From the NCBI GenBank assembly GCA_965603825.1, contig CBFDEM010000020.1, positions 248,001-312,000 of the forward strand: 64,000 nucleotides of DNA, given 5' to 3'. The position numbers were made by a program, and so were the translations under genes. The notes beneath the pieces are model-generated. The model was not told where the DNA came from and made no database searches. It saw only the letters and a list, made by a program, of their open reading frames with translations. The DNA is from Blepharisma stoltei ATCC 30299 (taxonomy: Eukaryota > Protista > Ciliophora). How positions within the stretch are numbered: the stretch's first letter is position 1; every line of letters starts with the position of its first letter. Of the stretch, positions 48,505 through 61,906 are shown piece after piece.

Positions 48505-50517
48505 ATGACAAAATTCTCACTTTTTGCTCTCTTCTGGATGATTTTGTCATGTGCTGTTCTATTTCTGAAATACTGGGATAAAGACTATTTAGATAAATTT
48601 ATAAAAAGAAACAAGCGGAACATTGATTTAGGCCCTCTAATGTATTTTGATCCTCCAGATGCTGGAAATAAAACTGCAGTAGACGAGATCACTTACGATA
48701 ATGTTTTTAAGTTATATGACATCTACGATCTTAAATGTTCACCTTTCTCGTTCGGCTACAACCGAGAAGAAGCTGAAGCTTTATTCCCGAGCTACGACTT
48801 TCCTTCATGCTTTTCTCAAATCACACAGCCGAAATGAAAGATTGTGGATCGAGTCTTTTCAATGAAATGTCATAATTACTCACGTGCTGCAATAGTTCAA
48901 GGCCCAACTGGGAAAGTAAAATTCCCATCCTGGAAAATTCACCAAGGATTGTGGCAGGCTGAGTCTTTTGAAGAAAAAGAAAAATTAAATAAAAACACTG
49001 ACTTTCTTCTTGCTACTTGCGATTACTCTAACAATTTTGAAGTCGCATGGCATAGACCAATTTATAACCCCGAATTACACTGAAACGCGCAATGTTTAAG
49101 TCATCGTGAAAAATTACCTAAGCCTTTATTTATCTTGACTTTAGGTTTAGACAGCTTTTCGAGAAGGCATTTTTTCCAAAAGCTACCAGAAACAGTCAAA
49201 GTTATAAATAGCTTTGCAGAGAAATTTAAGATTTATGATTTTAAGCTGCATAATATTGCTGGGAAAGCTACTGTTGAAAATATAACTCCTATTTTTATTG
49301 ATGATAAATACGCAAAAAAGCTAAAAGCTTCCACAAAAAAAGATAAGATGGGAGGAAGAGCGATCTGGGTAGATTTTAAAAACAGAGGATTTATCACATC
49401 ATTACTGACTGATGATTGTGATTATAGAGTTTATGACAATATTGGTCCACAGCCTAATATTGACTATGTTTCTCGGCAATTTTTCTGTGCAGCTACCAAA
49501 TTTACAAATTATATAACAGAAAAAAATGAGAAATTAAAGCAGAGATGTATCGGGACTCAGATGTCCCATACTTATATTTTTCAATATTTAAACGATTTAT
49601 TGGATATGTACCAAGATGTTAGTCATTGGAGCTACGTTCATTTTAACGCTGCTCATGAAGCTACAGGGAGGCACGCACAAACTTTAGATCCAGATTTATC
49701 TGAATTTTTACTTACTTTTCTTCCAAAAGTCTCGAAAACACACGATGTAATGATTAATTTATTGGGAGACCATGGGATGCGGTATGGGAATTATAAAACA
49801 TCAGTTAATGGAGATCAGGAAATGAAACTTCCAGTTTTTATCATGATAATAAGCGAATATTTCATAAAATCAGTCTTAAGTGATGAAATATTACAAATAA
49901 ATACAGAAAGACTAGTGACAAAACAAGATATTAGACAGACCTTTTTAGAGATTTTAAATAGAATTGACTATACCAGGAGATCAAAAAATAAGCATGCTTA
50001 TGATTTATTTACAGCTGAAATCCCGCTTAACAGAAATTGTGATGTTAATGCCCACATTCCAATGAGATATTGTGCTTGCCTTAGCTATAGAGAAATTAAA
50101 CCTGAATTCTGGCATGCTAAAAGCTTTAAAGAGCTGGTTGATGATCTAATTCGAATTGCTTGTGATCAAATAAATGCTGCTGTCCATACACCAGATGTAT
50201 CGTCTTTTATGCTGTGTCAAAAGGTTGATGTTGGTGAAATTATTGGAGTTTTTCACAATCCAAATTTTTCATTTCTAAGCATGAGGATTGAATTCAAAGC
50301 AAAATACTCCCATGCGAGATTTCTAGCCGAATATCGTATACACATAGACAATAAAGATCTTTATGGAGTCCCAATTATTTTTAATTATCAAAGACTACTT
50401 GTGCAAATTGCAATGATTACTAGACAAGATGCATACGCAGGCCCCTGTGAAGAAAAAAGTAACAAATTAGGAGTAAGGCCAGATTACTGTATTTGTGAAT
50501 ATGACACAAAGGCATAA
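48505..50517 (+). CDS. DUF229-family (alkaline-phosphatase/sulfatase fold) type II membrane protein
   Basis: Signal anchor; LGLDSFSRRHFFQKLPET, GDHGMRYG, EMKLP, RNC..AHIPMRYCAC. TGAs at 48835 and 49081. Confidence 0.8.
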
Positions 50518-50573
50518 CTTATTAAATAGTCACATTAAATCTAGCATAGATTTTATATTAAATTAAAAAAATT

Positions 50574-53483
50574 ATGAAAATTCGAACAATTAAACGGCCT
50601 CACTCCAAGAATTCTTCAGCTTCTACAGCTGATCTATACACCCTAATGGACTTTATGAGAAGCAACCCTGTCTCTGTGGTATCAAACGAGGCCTCATGCA
50701 AATCTGCTAGAATTATTATGAGAAACCATTCAGAAGGGAAATTTTGTGAGACAACGCCAAATAGCCAAGCGGCGAATAGAAAACTTCTAAAAGAAAGGGC
50801 AAAGACCACGAGAATTAGCACGCCTATGTTGGAAACTCCGAGAGTAAAGAAAAGTGATGAGAAGTTCAGGGAGCTTTTAGAAACTTTAGGACATGAGCCC
50901 GAAAAGCCTGGGATAAATCTACCACTTGATTTGAAACAATTAGATAAATTTTTGAGAAAAGAAAAAACAAATGGAGATATAGTTGAAAATAATGAATATT
51001 TTGAATTAGGACAGCCTACAAGCAGAAGAGACGCTGAAAACATTGGTGAATGGCTTGATTTAATGCTCACAAAAGCGCTGGAAGAAATTAAAGACGATCC
51101 TGAAAAATTATTTGAAAATACAAACGAAATTTATACTATAGGCTTAAATGAAATTATAAGGCAGGTAAGTGTTCAATGCAAAGAAAGAGGAATTTTATTG
51201 AGAAAAATATGAGATGCCTATCAAAAACTATTTGAAAATGCTATAAGCATGATGAAATTAAGACTTGAACAGACAAAATCACAAAATTCAACTGACAAAA
51301 TTAATTATCTAAATAAACATAAAGAAGAATTAAAACAATTAGAAGCCAAGCTGAAAGACCTTGACCTGAGTAAAGCAAGTTTGGTAGAAGAAATATCAGC
51401 AAAAGATGAAAATATAAATCTACTGAAGCTAAAAGAGCAGCAAATAACAGAAAGATATGGGATAATTCAAGAGAGATACAAAGCTCTTAAAAAGGAAATT
51501 TTGACTATAAAAGAAGAAAATCGAATTCTAAAAATCAAAGTTGAAAACTCTGGCTTTCAATTTGAAGATGATGGAAAAGGTGGCCTTATCATGCGCAAAA
51601 AGGTCAGAAAGCGGTTTATTCCGAAAAATGATTCCCAAATTGAGACTACTTTAAATAAAGACCCTGTTTTATTTAACATAAAATACATTAAGCCTACCGA
51701 TACGACTGATGTTTTTGTTAAAAAAATTGAAATGCATGAAAAAAAAATCGAATATAAATTTAAGGTTGATGATTTTCAAGATAAATCCACAGAAATGCCT
51801 CAAAAAACTTTTTCAGACAAATCAATTAATACAAATATAGAAGATCTATGTGGAGAGTCTATTGGAGTTAAAAAAAGAAGGTCACGAGCTATGACAATAT
51901 CTGATACAAATGCCTATTCCCCAGAACCTATCAGATCTCCTTTAGCTGACTTGGAATCATTTTTTTCAAAAATTGAAAAAGAGGAAGACGATATTTTAGT
52001 AATTATTGGAAAAGATGATAAAGATGAGGTTGCGGAGATGAAGAGAAAGCATAATCACATTAAAAAGCTTATAAATTCTATCAGAGAAAACGTGTACGAA
52101 GAACTAACATATGAAAACATGCCCCATTCCAAAGTTCTTAATTTATTATATAGCAGCATCAACCAAATTCTCAAATTCCTCATCAAACATCCGTTAGAAA
52201 AAATTGATGATGAATCACTAAAAGAAGAAATTGTGGAAGATGATTCTCCTTTGAAAAAGAAACAAAAATTAATTCAATCCGTAATTAATGTAGAAGAAGA
52301 ATCCAAAGCCAGTAAAACACTCATGAACGATGGCTTAACAATAATAGGGAAAATCATGGCAACTCCAGTGCACAAGCTGAAAAATGTAATGTTTAAGAAA
52401 AATGTTCTGAAACTAATCGCCCATTTCTATCAGGAGCATGCTAAAGAGAATGAGCTTAATAGGGGCGAGCATTTTGGTCTTTACGTCTATGATTTACTTA
52501 TGAAAAAATTTATTATGAAAAAGGCTGCAGAAAATAGATTCAATAATCTCTTAGCAAGCTGCATGAAGTACAAAAATGTCCACAAAATCAAGCTCTTCGG
52601 CAGGTTTCTAGGACTTTATGATGCGCTTGACACAGAAGACTTAAATTTCTATATAGATTGCCTAGAATTTTTAAATAATTCTTTATCAGGCAAAGCAAAT
52701 TTTGACATTGAGGCTGAATATCAGTTCGTGCCATATATAAGATGCGTGGAATGCATAAAGCACTTTGAAAAATTGCTACCGAAAAATGAAATAAATACCG
52801 TGAAAGAGTACCTAGAAACAATTAAACTGCAAGATAAAGTCAATAAAGGAGGAATTGTAGACTGTGAATTGTTTTTGGAGAAAATGGTATCAGCTTTTCA
52901 TAGCTATAAGCTGGAGCATATGAATTTTATGAGATGCATCTATGAAGCAGCTGATTTAAATGAGGATGGGTTTTTACAACAGCAAGAATTTGAGTTATTG
53001 CTTAGATATTTATCAGTGCTTAATTATTCCCCTCATCTTGCAGCCCAGCTCTTTGATGCTTTTAGTGAAACTTTTACGTCTGAAGACGAAGCAGGCGTCA
53101 AAGCCATTTCTTTTGTAAATCTTTGCCAAATGAATTCAAAGCACCAAATTTTCACTTTTTCATCAATGATTAAGCTTTCTCAAGCCTCAAATCAGGCTGA
53201 AGCAGAAGAAAAATTAAAACAGCTAAAGCCAAGGATAGAAGAGGTAATTAATGATATTTATTGACGATTCACAGAATCTACTGTGTATGAAGATCATTTG
53301 GAAGAAATGCATAATTTAATAGACACACTAAGATTCAAGCTAAGCACCACAAGCAACCCTGAAGGGACTTGGCTCGGGTATAAGTTGCTAGAAGAAGAAT
53401 CCAAAAGGGTTGTTATAATGCAAAGGGTTAGAGAATTATTCCCGCAGATTGGATTATACATTTTGGGGAAAGAATTATATTAA
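50574..53483 (+). CDS. Coiled-coil protein with axonemal dynein light-chain-like segment and EF-hand
   Basis: NEIIRQVSVQCKERGILLRKIW(TGA) and ADLNEDGFLQQQEF. Three same-frame ORFs. Confidence 0.75.
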
Positions 53484-53704
53484 TATTTGTAATAAGTTTA
53501 AAATTTTAATATTTTATAATGAATTGAGAGCTGCTATAAAAGAATTTTATATCAAAATAATATATTTATATAAAATTAAATATTCATATATACGCTAATA
53601 AAAGTCCCTGCTTTTTGCATTAATTTATAATTTCCTGCTTAAATAATTAAATTTTACTTTGGCTAAATTCAACTCTTATGAATTTAATACAATAATTGTT
53701 AAAA

Positions 53705-55900
53705 ATGGAAGGAAAATATTACGAGTTACAGTTAGAGTTGAGAGAAGTAACTGGCGCACCAGAAGGACCAGTCAGCTGCAGAGTAAATGTAGGAGGAATT
53801 GAAGACATCTTAGAAGGAAGAAGTCCTTTATCACTTATTTTAGATGACGTTAGTAGCAACACCATGCTTTCTCTTGTATTAGAGCAAGGAAGCGAAGTCA
53901 TAGGAGGCTTCAAATTTTCTTTGTTGACTCTATTCGGAGAATCCCTCAGCGGAAAGGTAGAAAAATGAATCCGCCTCAAAGAAGAAACTGGAAAAGACGT
54001 AAGAATCAAACTTGCAGCCAATCTCCAAACTGCCAAAATGGACACTCAACCTTCTCAACCAGATGAATCTTATGCTAGAAGACCTCGAGAAGTAGAAGCA
54101 AAATGTCCATACGTAGATCATCTCGCATCAGGCAAAAAACGCAACGAAGAACCATTGGAGGAAATTTGGAAAGAAAGGGTGTATAATTATGATCCGTTAG
54201 GAAATAATGTCATAAGAATCACACTAGAGCCAGATGGAAGATTCAATCAAAATTTAGAGCCTGTCCCTGTAAACTTAAACAATTTAGAAGAACTTGAACT
54301 AGCAAGCTTAGAAGAAGCTGGAGGAATTCAGCTAAAAAAGATCATTAAAGAGCTCAGCGAAAAGATCAAAAAACCAAGAACGCAAGCTCAGCAGCTTCCT
54401 TATTTAAGAAATACTCTACAAGTAAAAATAGGAGAAAGAAGAGATTTACAGCAATCATTAGAAGAGTCTGCTAATGATTTAAATAAGCAAGCTGAAGACA
54501 GGGTAGAAAATATACAAGATTTATTAAAAAAGAGGCAAGAAATGGCTGAAAAATTGTTAGAGAAACAGAAAAAGTCAAGGGAAATCGAACAAGAAATAGA
54601 TGGAATTAAAGCTGAGGTTCAACAAGCTAATAGAGACTTTTTAAGGATCCAAGCTTTTAATAAAAGAAAAAATGATGTCGAAGAATTGGCTGGGAAAATT
54701 CATGAGCTGCTTAAAGATAGTTTGGCAAAGGAAACTGAGCTAGAAAAAACAATAAATGATGAAAAGGCAAAAATGGATGAAAAAAAGAAACTCATCGAGC
54801 AAAATCGTGACAAATTAGCAGATGAAAATAAAACTATCCAAGCACAAATTTCAGTGGTTTCAGAAAAATATAAAAACTCTTCGGCATTAAATGAAGAGCT
54901 TAAAGATAGGGTAAGAACTCTTAAACTTCAGTATGGAGAAGGCCAGAACTACAAACAAGTTATTACTGAAGCTCGAACCGCTTCTTCTCTTGATGCTAAT
55001 AAGCGTGAGCATGGCCAAGAAGCCTTAAAAGAGTTGGTAAATCTCATAGACACTCAATCCTCAGAATTTATCCAAAAACAAAAATCCCTGATTGCTTCTA
55101 AAAAATCTCAAACCCAAAATATTCTTGAAATCGACCAAGACCTCAACACCAAAGATCAACAAACCCTTGAGCTCAAGCGCAAACTTTATCTTGCCTCAAA
55201 TAATCAGATAACCCTTGAACAAATTTGTTGCATAAAAGCTGATCTTTCTCAATTGATTGACGAGCTTTCAAAACTTCACAAAATCCACTCAGAAGGCCGT
55301 GACCACATTTTGCGTGATTTAGACTCAGGGTCTGAATTCGTGCTTAAAGAAGCTGAAAAAATCCTTGAGGAAGCTAGAAATATTGACCCTATGATAGATG
55401 CTATTGACGAAAAAGATTTCGAGCTAGACAATTTGAAAGGAATTGTAGGAGAAATTAAAGCAAGAAATCCACCTTATATGCCTAATAAAGACGACCCATT
55501 AGATATTGCCCTTGGGGAATATTTGAACTCAAGGGACCGAGATTTACCTATACCATTTACTAGGGAAGATGAAGGGATTTATTTGTTTGGGACGAAAAGA
55601 GTGTTTTTGAAACTGGAAAATGGGGATATTAAGATTAGGGTTGGGGGCGGATATACCACTATTGATGAATTCATTGAAATTTATACAGAAATTGAATTAG
55701 AAAATCAAGAGCAGACATTGCAAGAAAGCTTGCCAAAATTATCGCAGAGCTTATCAAGGTTCAGCCAGAATCCATCAGTAGGGATGTCTCCTCAAAGAGC
55801 AGCGAGAATTATATCAAATACTGTTGAAGCGATAGCAGAGGGATCTCCCCTAAAGAAAAGCACACCTCATAGGAGAGTACCATCAGGGAAATTTAAATAA
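53705..55900 (+). CDS. GAS2-domain coiled-coil cytoskeletal protein with possible N-terminal C2-like domain
   Basis: YLFGTKRVFLKLENGDIKIRVGGGYTTIDEFI; TGA(53966-53968)=Trp. Confidence 0.85.
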
Positions 55901-56059
55901 ATAATATTTAACTATTTAAATGTCTTAAATTCTCAGCTTTTATAGAGCATATTTCCCTTGACCAAATGCTTAAAGAAAGTATATTCAAATGATACTTTTT
56001 CTCTTTAATTTACAATCATAAAGATTAAACCAATTAATTCTTATAGCGTTACAATAAAT

Positions 56060-57475
56060 ATGATATTTTTACTATCACTTATTTCCCTAGTCTTTTCTTA
56101 CGACAACCAAAACCCACTTTTCAACTCAGAACCTACAATTGTGGGTGCCTCCAGCAGCAAACTAAAAGTTCTCTTCTCCATAGGCCGAACGACTCTTAAG
56201 GTTCTTCAAGGCACATCTCGATATGCTGACATCACACAAAATCAGACCTATAAGTTCGCTGACGATCTCTACTATGGCTATACAGTTCTTGACCTCTCTT
56301 CTTACTCTCTCAAGTGAAAACTTTATGATTTTGCCGGAAGAAAAAGTCAATGTACAACAGTTTTCACGACGACAGAAGAAATTATTCCATCTCAAGATGT
56401 TTGCGAACAAAAAGGCTGCCCATTATCTTTTGTAGGCGACCACTGATGTGATGCCCAATGTCTTTACCCTGAATGTGGATTTGACTCAAAAGACTGCGAA
56501 GATATTGATCAGTTTAAATTATTGAAATGCGACCCAATTACAATAGGAGATGGGACCTGCAACCAAGAATGCAATAATGAACTAAGCTTTTTTGATGGAG
56601 GAGACTGCAAAACTCCCTGCTCTTTAACCGGATGCAGCACAAACCAGCTAGGAAACGGCATCTGTGACCCTGAATGCAAAAATAATGAGTGTAAAAATGA
56701 TTTCGGAGATTGTGATTTATGTGCTGCTGGGTGTACTGGAGATATGCTAGGAAATGGAAATTGTGACACTGAATGCAACATAAAAGAATGCTCTTACGAT
56801 TTTCATGACTGCGACACAATTTCATGCTTTGACACTGGGTGCACTTATGATTTACTGGAGAACTCTTATTGTGATTCTGTATGTAACAATACTCACTGTG
56901 ATTATGATGCTGGAAGATGCACTGAATGTGCATCATATGGCTGCTCTGCAGAATTTGTCAACGATACCCATTGTGATACTTCATGCTTCAATAGTGCATG
57001 CCGATATGATGGCTTAGATTGTGTGAAAAAGACCTGTAAATCTAAAGGGTGCAAGCATGAATATATCCAAGATGGTAGCTGTGATGTGGCTTGCTATCAT
57101 GAAGATTGTGCATGAGACGGAGGGGATTGTGAAAAATATTATTGCTCTGAAGGGTGCTTGCCTGATATGCTGACAAATGATGTTTGTGATCTCCAATGCA
57201 ATGTAGCTAAGTGTGGCTATGACAATAATGCTTGTCTTAACGAAAAAATATTGTGTGCCAGCGATTGCTTGAATGAATGGATTGGAGATGGAATTTGTGA
57301 TCCTGCTTGCCTTAATAAAAACTGTAATGATGATGGAGGTGATTGTGCAGAAGGCCTTATGCTAAAAGATGGAGTTTTAACGATTAATGGCATCACTTAC
57401 ACTGCAAATACTGAGTGTATTCGCTCTGGAGCAAAAACACTATTAATGTCATTTATAATAGTTCTTTTAGCATAA
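56060..57475 (+). CDS. Secreted, probably GPI-anchored LNR (Lin12/Notch)-repeat protein
   Basis: Signal peptide; ~8-9 repeats of GD/NGxCDxxCNxxxCxxDxGDC; hydrophobic C-terminus. Same frame through three TGAs. Confidence 0.85.
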
Positions 57476-57636
57476 AATAATATCGAATGATATTAAAAAT
57501 ATTGTATAAATGCAAGCGATGTTTCTTTATAAATAAATATAACTTAATTCACTATTAAAGCATCAAAATTGATTGTGAGACCTTGATTAGAAAATAAAAT
57601 GCTCCATAATGCCATAAACTTATACAAATAAGCGTT

Positions 57637-59280
57637 ATGAAATTAATTTGCCTGCTTATTTCAATTACTTTTGCTACAATATCTTTACCTTTAGTATCAA
57701 AAAATAGCCCTCAGCGAAAGTTTATTAAGCATGACATTGGAAATTCTTCGTCATCTTTTCGAGAACTTTTTTCGTATACAGCAATAAGAAATTATGATGA
57801 CGTAAGTGATAAGTAGTATGAGTATTATATACAAGCTAATATAGGTACTCCACCTCAGACATTTAACTTCCTTGTTTCAACAGGAAGTGCTTGAATTTGG
57901 CTTGATAAAAAAAATTGTAAGACTTGCCGCTCTGAGAGCAACAAGTTTGACCCAGACGCATCTTCAAGTTTGAGTTCTACCAGTAAATATCAACAAATAA
58001 CTTATTTAGGCCAAGTAAGAGGTTACCAAGACACTGAAACAATAAGTATTGGGAATGACACCTCGCTAAAAGTGGTATCGCAAACTTTTGTTTTAGTTGA
58101 TTATGAGTGGGGAACACAAGGTTTTTTTGCTGATGGAATTATTGGCTTTGGTTTTGACGCACTAGCCTCTAATACTCAATCATTAATGACTTCTTTAAAA
58201 AGTCAAGGGAAAATCAATAAAAAACAGTTTTCAGTTTATTTAAACTATACAAACCGTCCTTCTGATGTCCCAGATTTGGGTTCTTCTATGCTTATGATCG
58301 ACGGATACAACTTATCTAAATATTCAGCCGAAACTGATTTTACTTATATAAATTTAGCGAATTCTAAAGGATTTTGGGAAATTAGTTGTGATTTTGTACA
58401 ATTTGATAATGTAAAATATACTGCTGGGCTAACAGCTATTATAGATACTGGACTTTATTATATTCAAGGACCAAAAAATGATGTGATAAGTATAATAAGA
58501 AAATTAATAAACAATTATGGATGTACAGCTGATAGTGATGGGTATCCTTATTGCAATTGTGGAAATAGTTACCCAAGCTTGACCTATCAATTAGGAGGCT
58601 ATCAGTTTACAATCCAATCAATTGATTATTTTGACGAATATGAAGGATTGTGCTACCTTCAATTTGGGTACTCAAATGGAAACTATTGGGCTTTAGGTGA
58701 TGCTTTTTTGAGACGGTTTTATACTAACTTTGATATGGATGGGATGAGAATTGGTTTTGCCAAGATTGGCTTGAGCTCACCAAGTAATAGCAGTTCAAAC
58801 AGCACAACTCAGACTAATGATAATTCAAATTCTACAAATTCCAATAGTAATAGCTCCCAAAATAGTAGCACAAATAGCAATAGTAACCAAAATAATAATC
58901 AAACATCCACCAATTCAACAGAAACTTCCAATAATAATGCTTCCTCATCTTCAAACTCTTCTGAAACCGGAAATACCACATCTTCAAGCAATGCCACTAA
59001 CTCATCACCAGATGGGGGAGCTAATCCTTATGGCTCTAGTAGCAATAACCAAACTGGAAGCACTTTCAGAAATTATAATTCTCAAGGAAACTCAGATGAT
59101 TCTGAAGGTCTAGCTAACTGAGAATTAGTTTTAATAATTGTTATCCCCACAATTGTTATAGCTGTTATCTTTTCTATTATTACAGCTATATTTTGTTATA
59201 AGATGAAGAAGTTGAGAGCCAGAAGATATGGAGCCAGAAATGAAAACAATAATCAAAGAAGTTTCTCTGTCGATATTTAA
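57637..59280 (+). CDS. Membrane-anchored pepsin-like protein (C); first catalytic Asp replaced (STG), S/N-rich stalk
   Basis: Signal peptide and 15-nt intron GTAAGTGATAAGTAG (57802-57816). FLVSTGSAW, IIDTGL, TM helix, TAA at 59278. Confidence 0.88.
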
Positions 59281-60118
59281 GCTGAAATGTTTAATGAAGC
59301 AATTTTTATTAAAAAATGCCTATAAATTAATAAATATCATCCAAATTTTATTTATAATATTAGAATTTTGAATTAAAATAAAGCTATAAATATATAGGCT
59401 TGAAACATATTAAATATAGAGTTTATTTCAATAGATAGCATATTATATCCAATTCAAATTTAGTTCCCTAATCTACGCCATAAGGTAGACTTAAGTTACT
59501 TTGTAGTAGTTTTGTAACTTAGAAATAATAAATTTGAGATATTCATAATTTTGCATGAAATAGAGAGAGTGAAATATCATTAAATAACTATTAAATGATT
59601 ACTTTAAAATTTTTTATATATTGATAGTTAACTGATTCGTATTTTTTTTTATCTCAAAAAAAATTGTGATATATTGTTACATAGGTGAAAGTTCGGTTTA
59701 TTAAATCTAAAAAAAATAAGAATTAATAATTCTATAAAAAATCGAAAATTGTACAATAATTATGGATCTAGCTAACTATGTTCTGATGCCTATTCATCTA
59801 TAAAAAAGCAGTTATCGTATGATAATTATGCAAACTTAATAAAGCCTGATATGTTTCTTAATAATATGTATGCCAGAAATATAAAAAACTAAAAATTTAT
59901 TTGAAAGAATTGCTTAAATAAACGTAATATAAATGCATACAATATTAAATCTTAGATTTCAAAGACTAAAACTCATTTTAAACATACTTCATACCAATTT
60001 CAGACTTCAATTGTCTAAAAGTTCGAGTTGTAAATTAATGTCTTCTACAAATATTTCAAAATTATATAATAAAATGGTACAGATATTTACGAGTAATATT
60101 TTGAATTTATAAAAATTG

Positions 60119-61744
60119 ATGCTATTATTCCTTTGCATCTCTCTTGCACTAGCCTCAATAACTATTCCTATCCAAAAAAGACCTGCTCCAGCTCAAAGCC
60201 CATCTAAATCTTCTCATTTTAGATTTAACCCTCCTTCTTTGAGAGGTCTTTCTTCATCTTCAAGTGTTTCCAATTACAAAGATGTAATGATAATTTAGTT
60301 CCAATATTATACTCAAGCTACAATTGGGACTCCTCCACAGACCTTTACCTTCATAATTGACACAGGTAGCACTTGGACCTGGATTGATGTCGTTGATTGT
60401 TCGGGTTGCCACGTAGGCAATAAATTCTCTCCAGAAGAATCATCGACTTATAAAAATACTACTCAGCCTAAAGCTCTAAACTATTTGAAAGGAAATTCAA
60501 ATGGTTATTTGAGCACTGATGTCATTTCTATTGGTGACAGCAACTCTTTGACTGTAACTGACCAATCTTTTATTTTGATCTACAGCGAAAGCAATTTTGA
60601 TGGCCTAAAATCAGATGGATTGATGGGATTCGGATTTGAAGCTTTAAGTGATGGGGTCAGTTCTCTTATGAGCAATTTAAAAAGTCAAGGCAAAATTCAG
60701 AAAAAACAATTTTCAATTTATCTAAATGAAGCAAATAGCGACTCAGATTTGCTTAATCTGGGAAATTCAAACATGATGATTGATGGATATGACATCTCAA
60801 AATACTCATCAGATGATACCTTTACCTATATTAATCTAATTGCTGACTCAGGATATTGGGAAGTGCCTTGCGATTCGATGAGTTTTGGTGGAATATCATA
60901 CTTTGGAGGAGTGAGTGCTATTATTGACACTGGGTCTAGTTTTATAACAGGCCCTAAGAACGATATTTATCAAATATTAAATACTCTATATGATTATTAC
61001 TATTGCAAAGTGAATGTGTATAACGAAGTTTATTGCGACTGCAGCAAATCTTATCCTACATTGATTTTTAAGCTATCAGGGAATATATTTGCTCTAAAGC
61101 AAAGTGATTACTTTGAAGTCTTTGCAGGATATTGCTATCCTATATTTTATTATGCTACTGGATTAAATTCTTGAATACTAGGGGATAACTTTATAAGAAG
61201 ATTTTACATTAATTTTGACATGGATGGCAGAAGAATCGGCTTCGCTAATATTCGAACAAGCCAAGACAGTGGCGGATCAAGTAGTGGGAATAGCGGAGGT
61301 GGAGATTCTAATAATGATGGAGATGGATCTGGAAGCGATCAAGATTCCACAGGCAACGAAGATACTGGCGATAGCTCGGGAAGCTTTGCTGTATGGAAAA
61401 TTGCTCTCATTGTAGTGCTACCTACTGTTGCTATAATTGCTCTTGCAACTGCAATCGGAATTAAAATATATAAAAATAAAACAAGAGGAAAACCTGCTAG
61501 AGAAATAACAAGTTCATCTGGAACAGAAAAAGAATTAAAAAATAAACCAAGCATCACCTCTCATGCTTGTCAAAACGATAATGAAACAAAATATATCAGC
61601 AAAATAAGCAATAGCGAAGATATATCTGGTGCTAAAGCAAACAATAAAAATGAGGAAGCTAAAAATATAGAAAAAGCTGAGAATATATCTGAAGAAAGCA
61701 AAGAAGAAGAATCTGATCGCTCAGCTAGTGAATCAAATAAATAA
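60119..61744 (+). CDS. Membrane-anchored pepsin-like aspartic protease (D), both DTG intact
   Basis: 15-nt intron GTAATGATAATTTAG (60284-60298). IIDTGSTW, IIDTGSS, G/S/D stalk, TM helix and cytoplasmic tail. Confidence 0.9.
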
Positions 61745-61906
61745 TACTATTTTACTTTTATTGCTTCTTAAATTCTATTTTAAAGAGATATAAATTAATT
61801 ATTTAGAAATATATTTTTTTAAAATAAAACCATCATTGAGTAAAATAATTTCAGGCAATACTAATATTTTATTAAAATTTTTAATAACCTTATTATTACC
61901 GAAAAT

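Noticed and set aside
59281-60118. Long AT-rich spacers (also 1291-2059, 28079-28534, 34062-34884) as hidden elements
   Set aside because: No terminal repeats, credible ORFs or structure that I could support.
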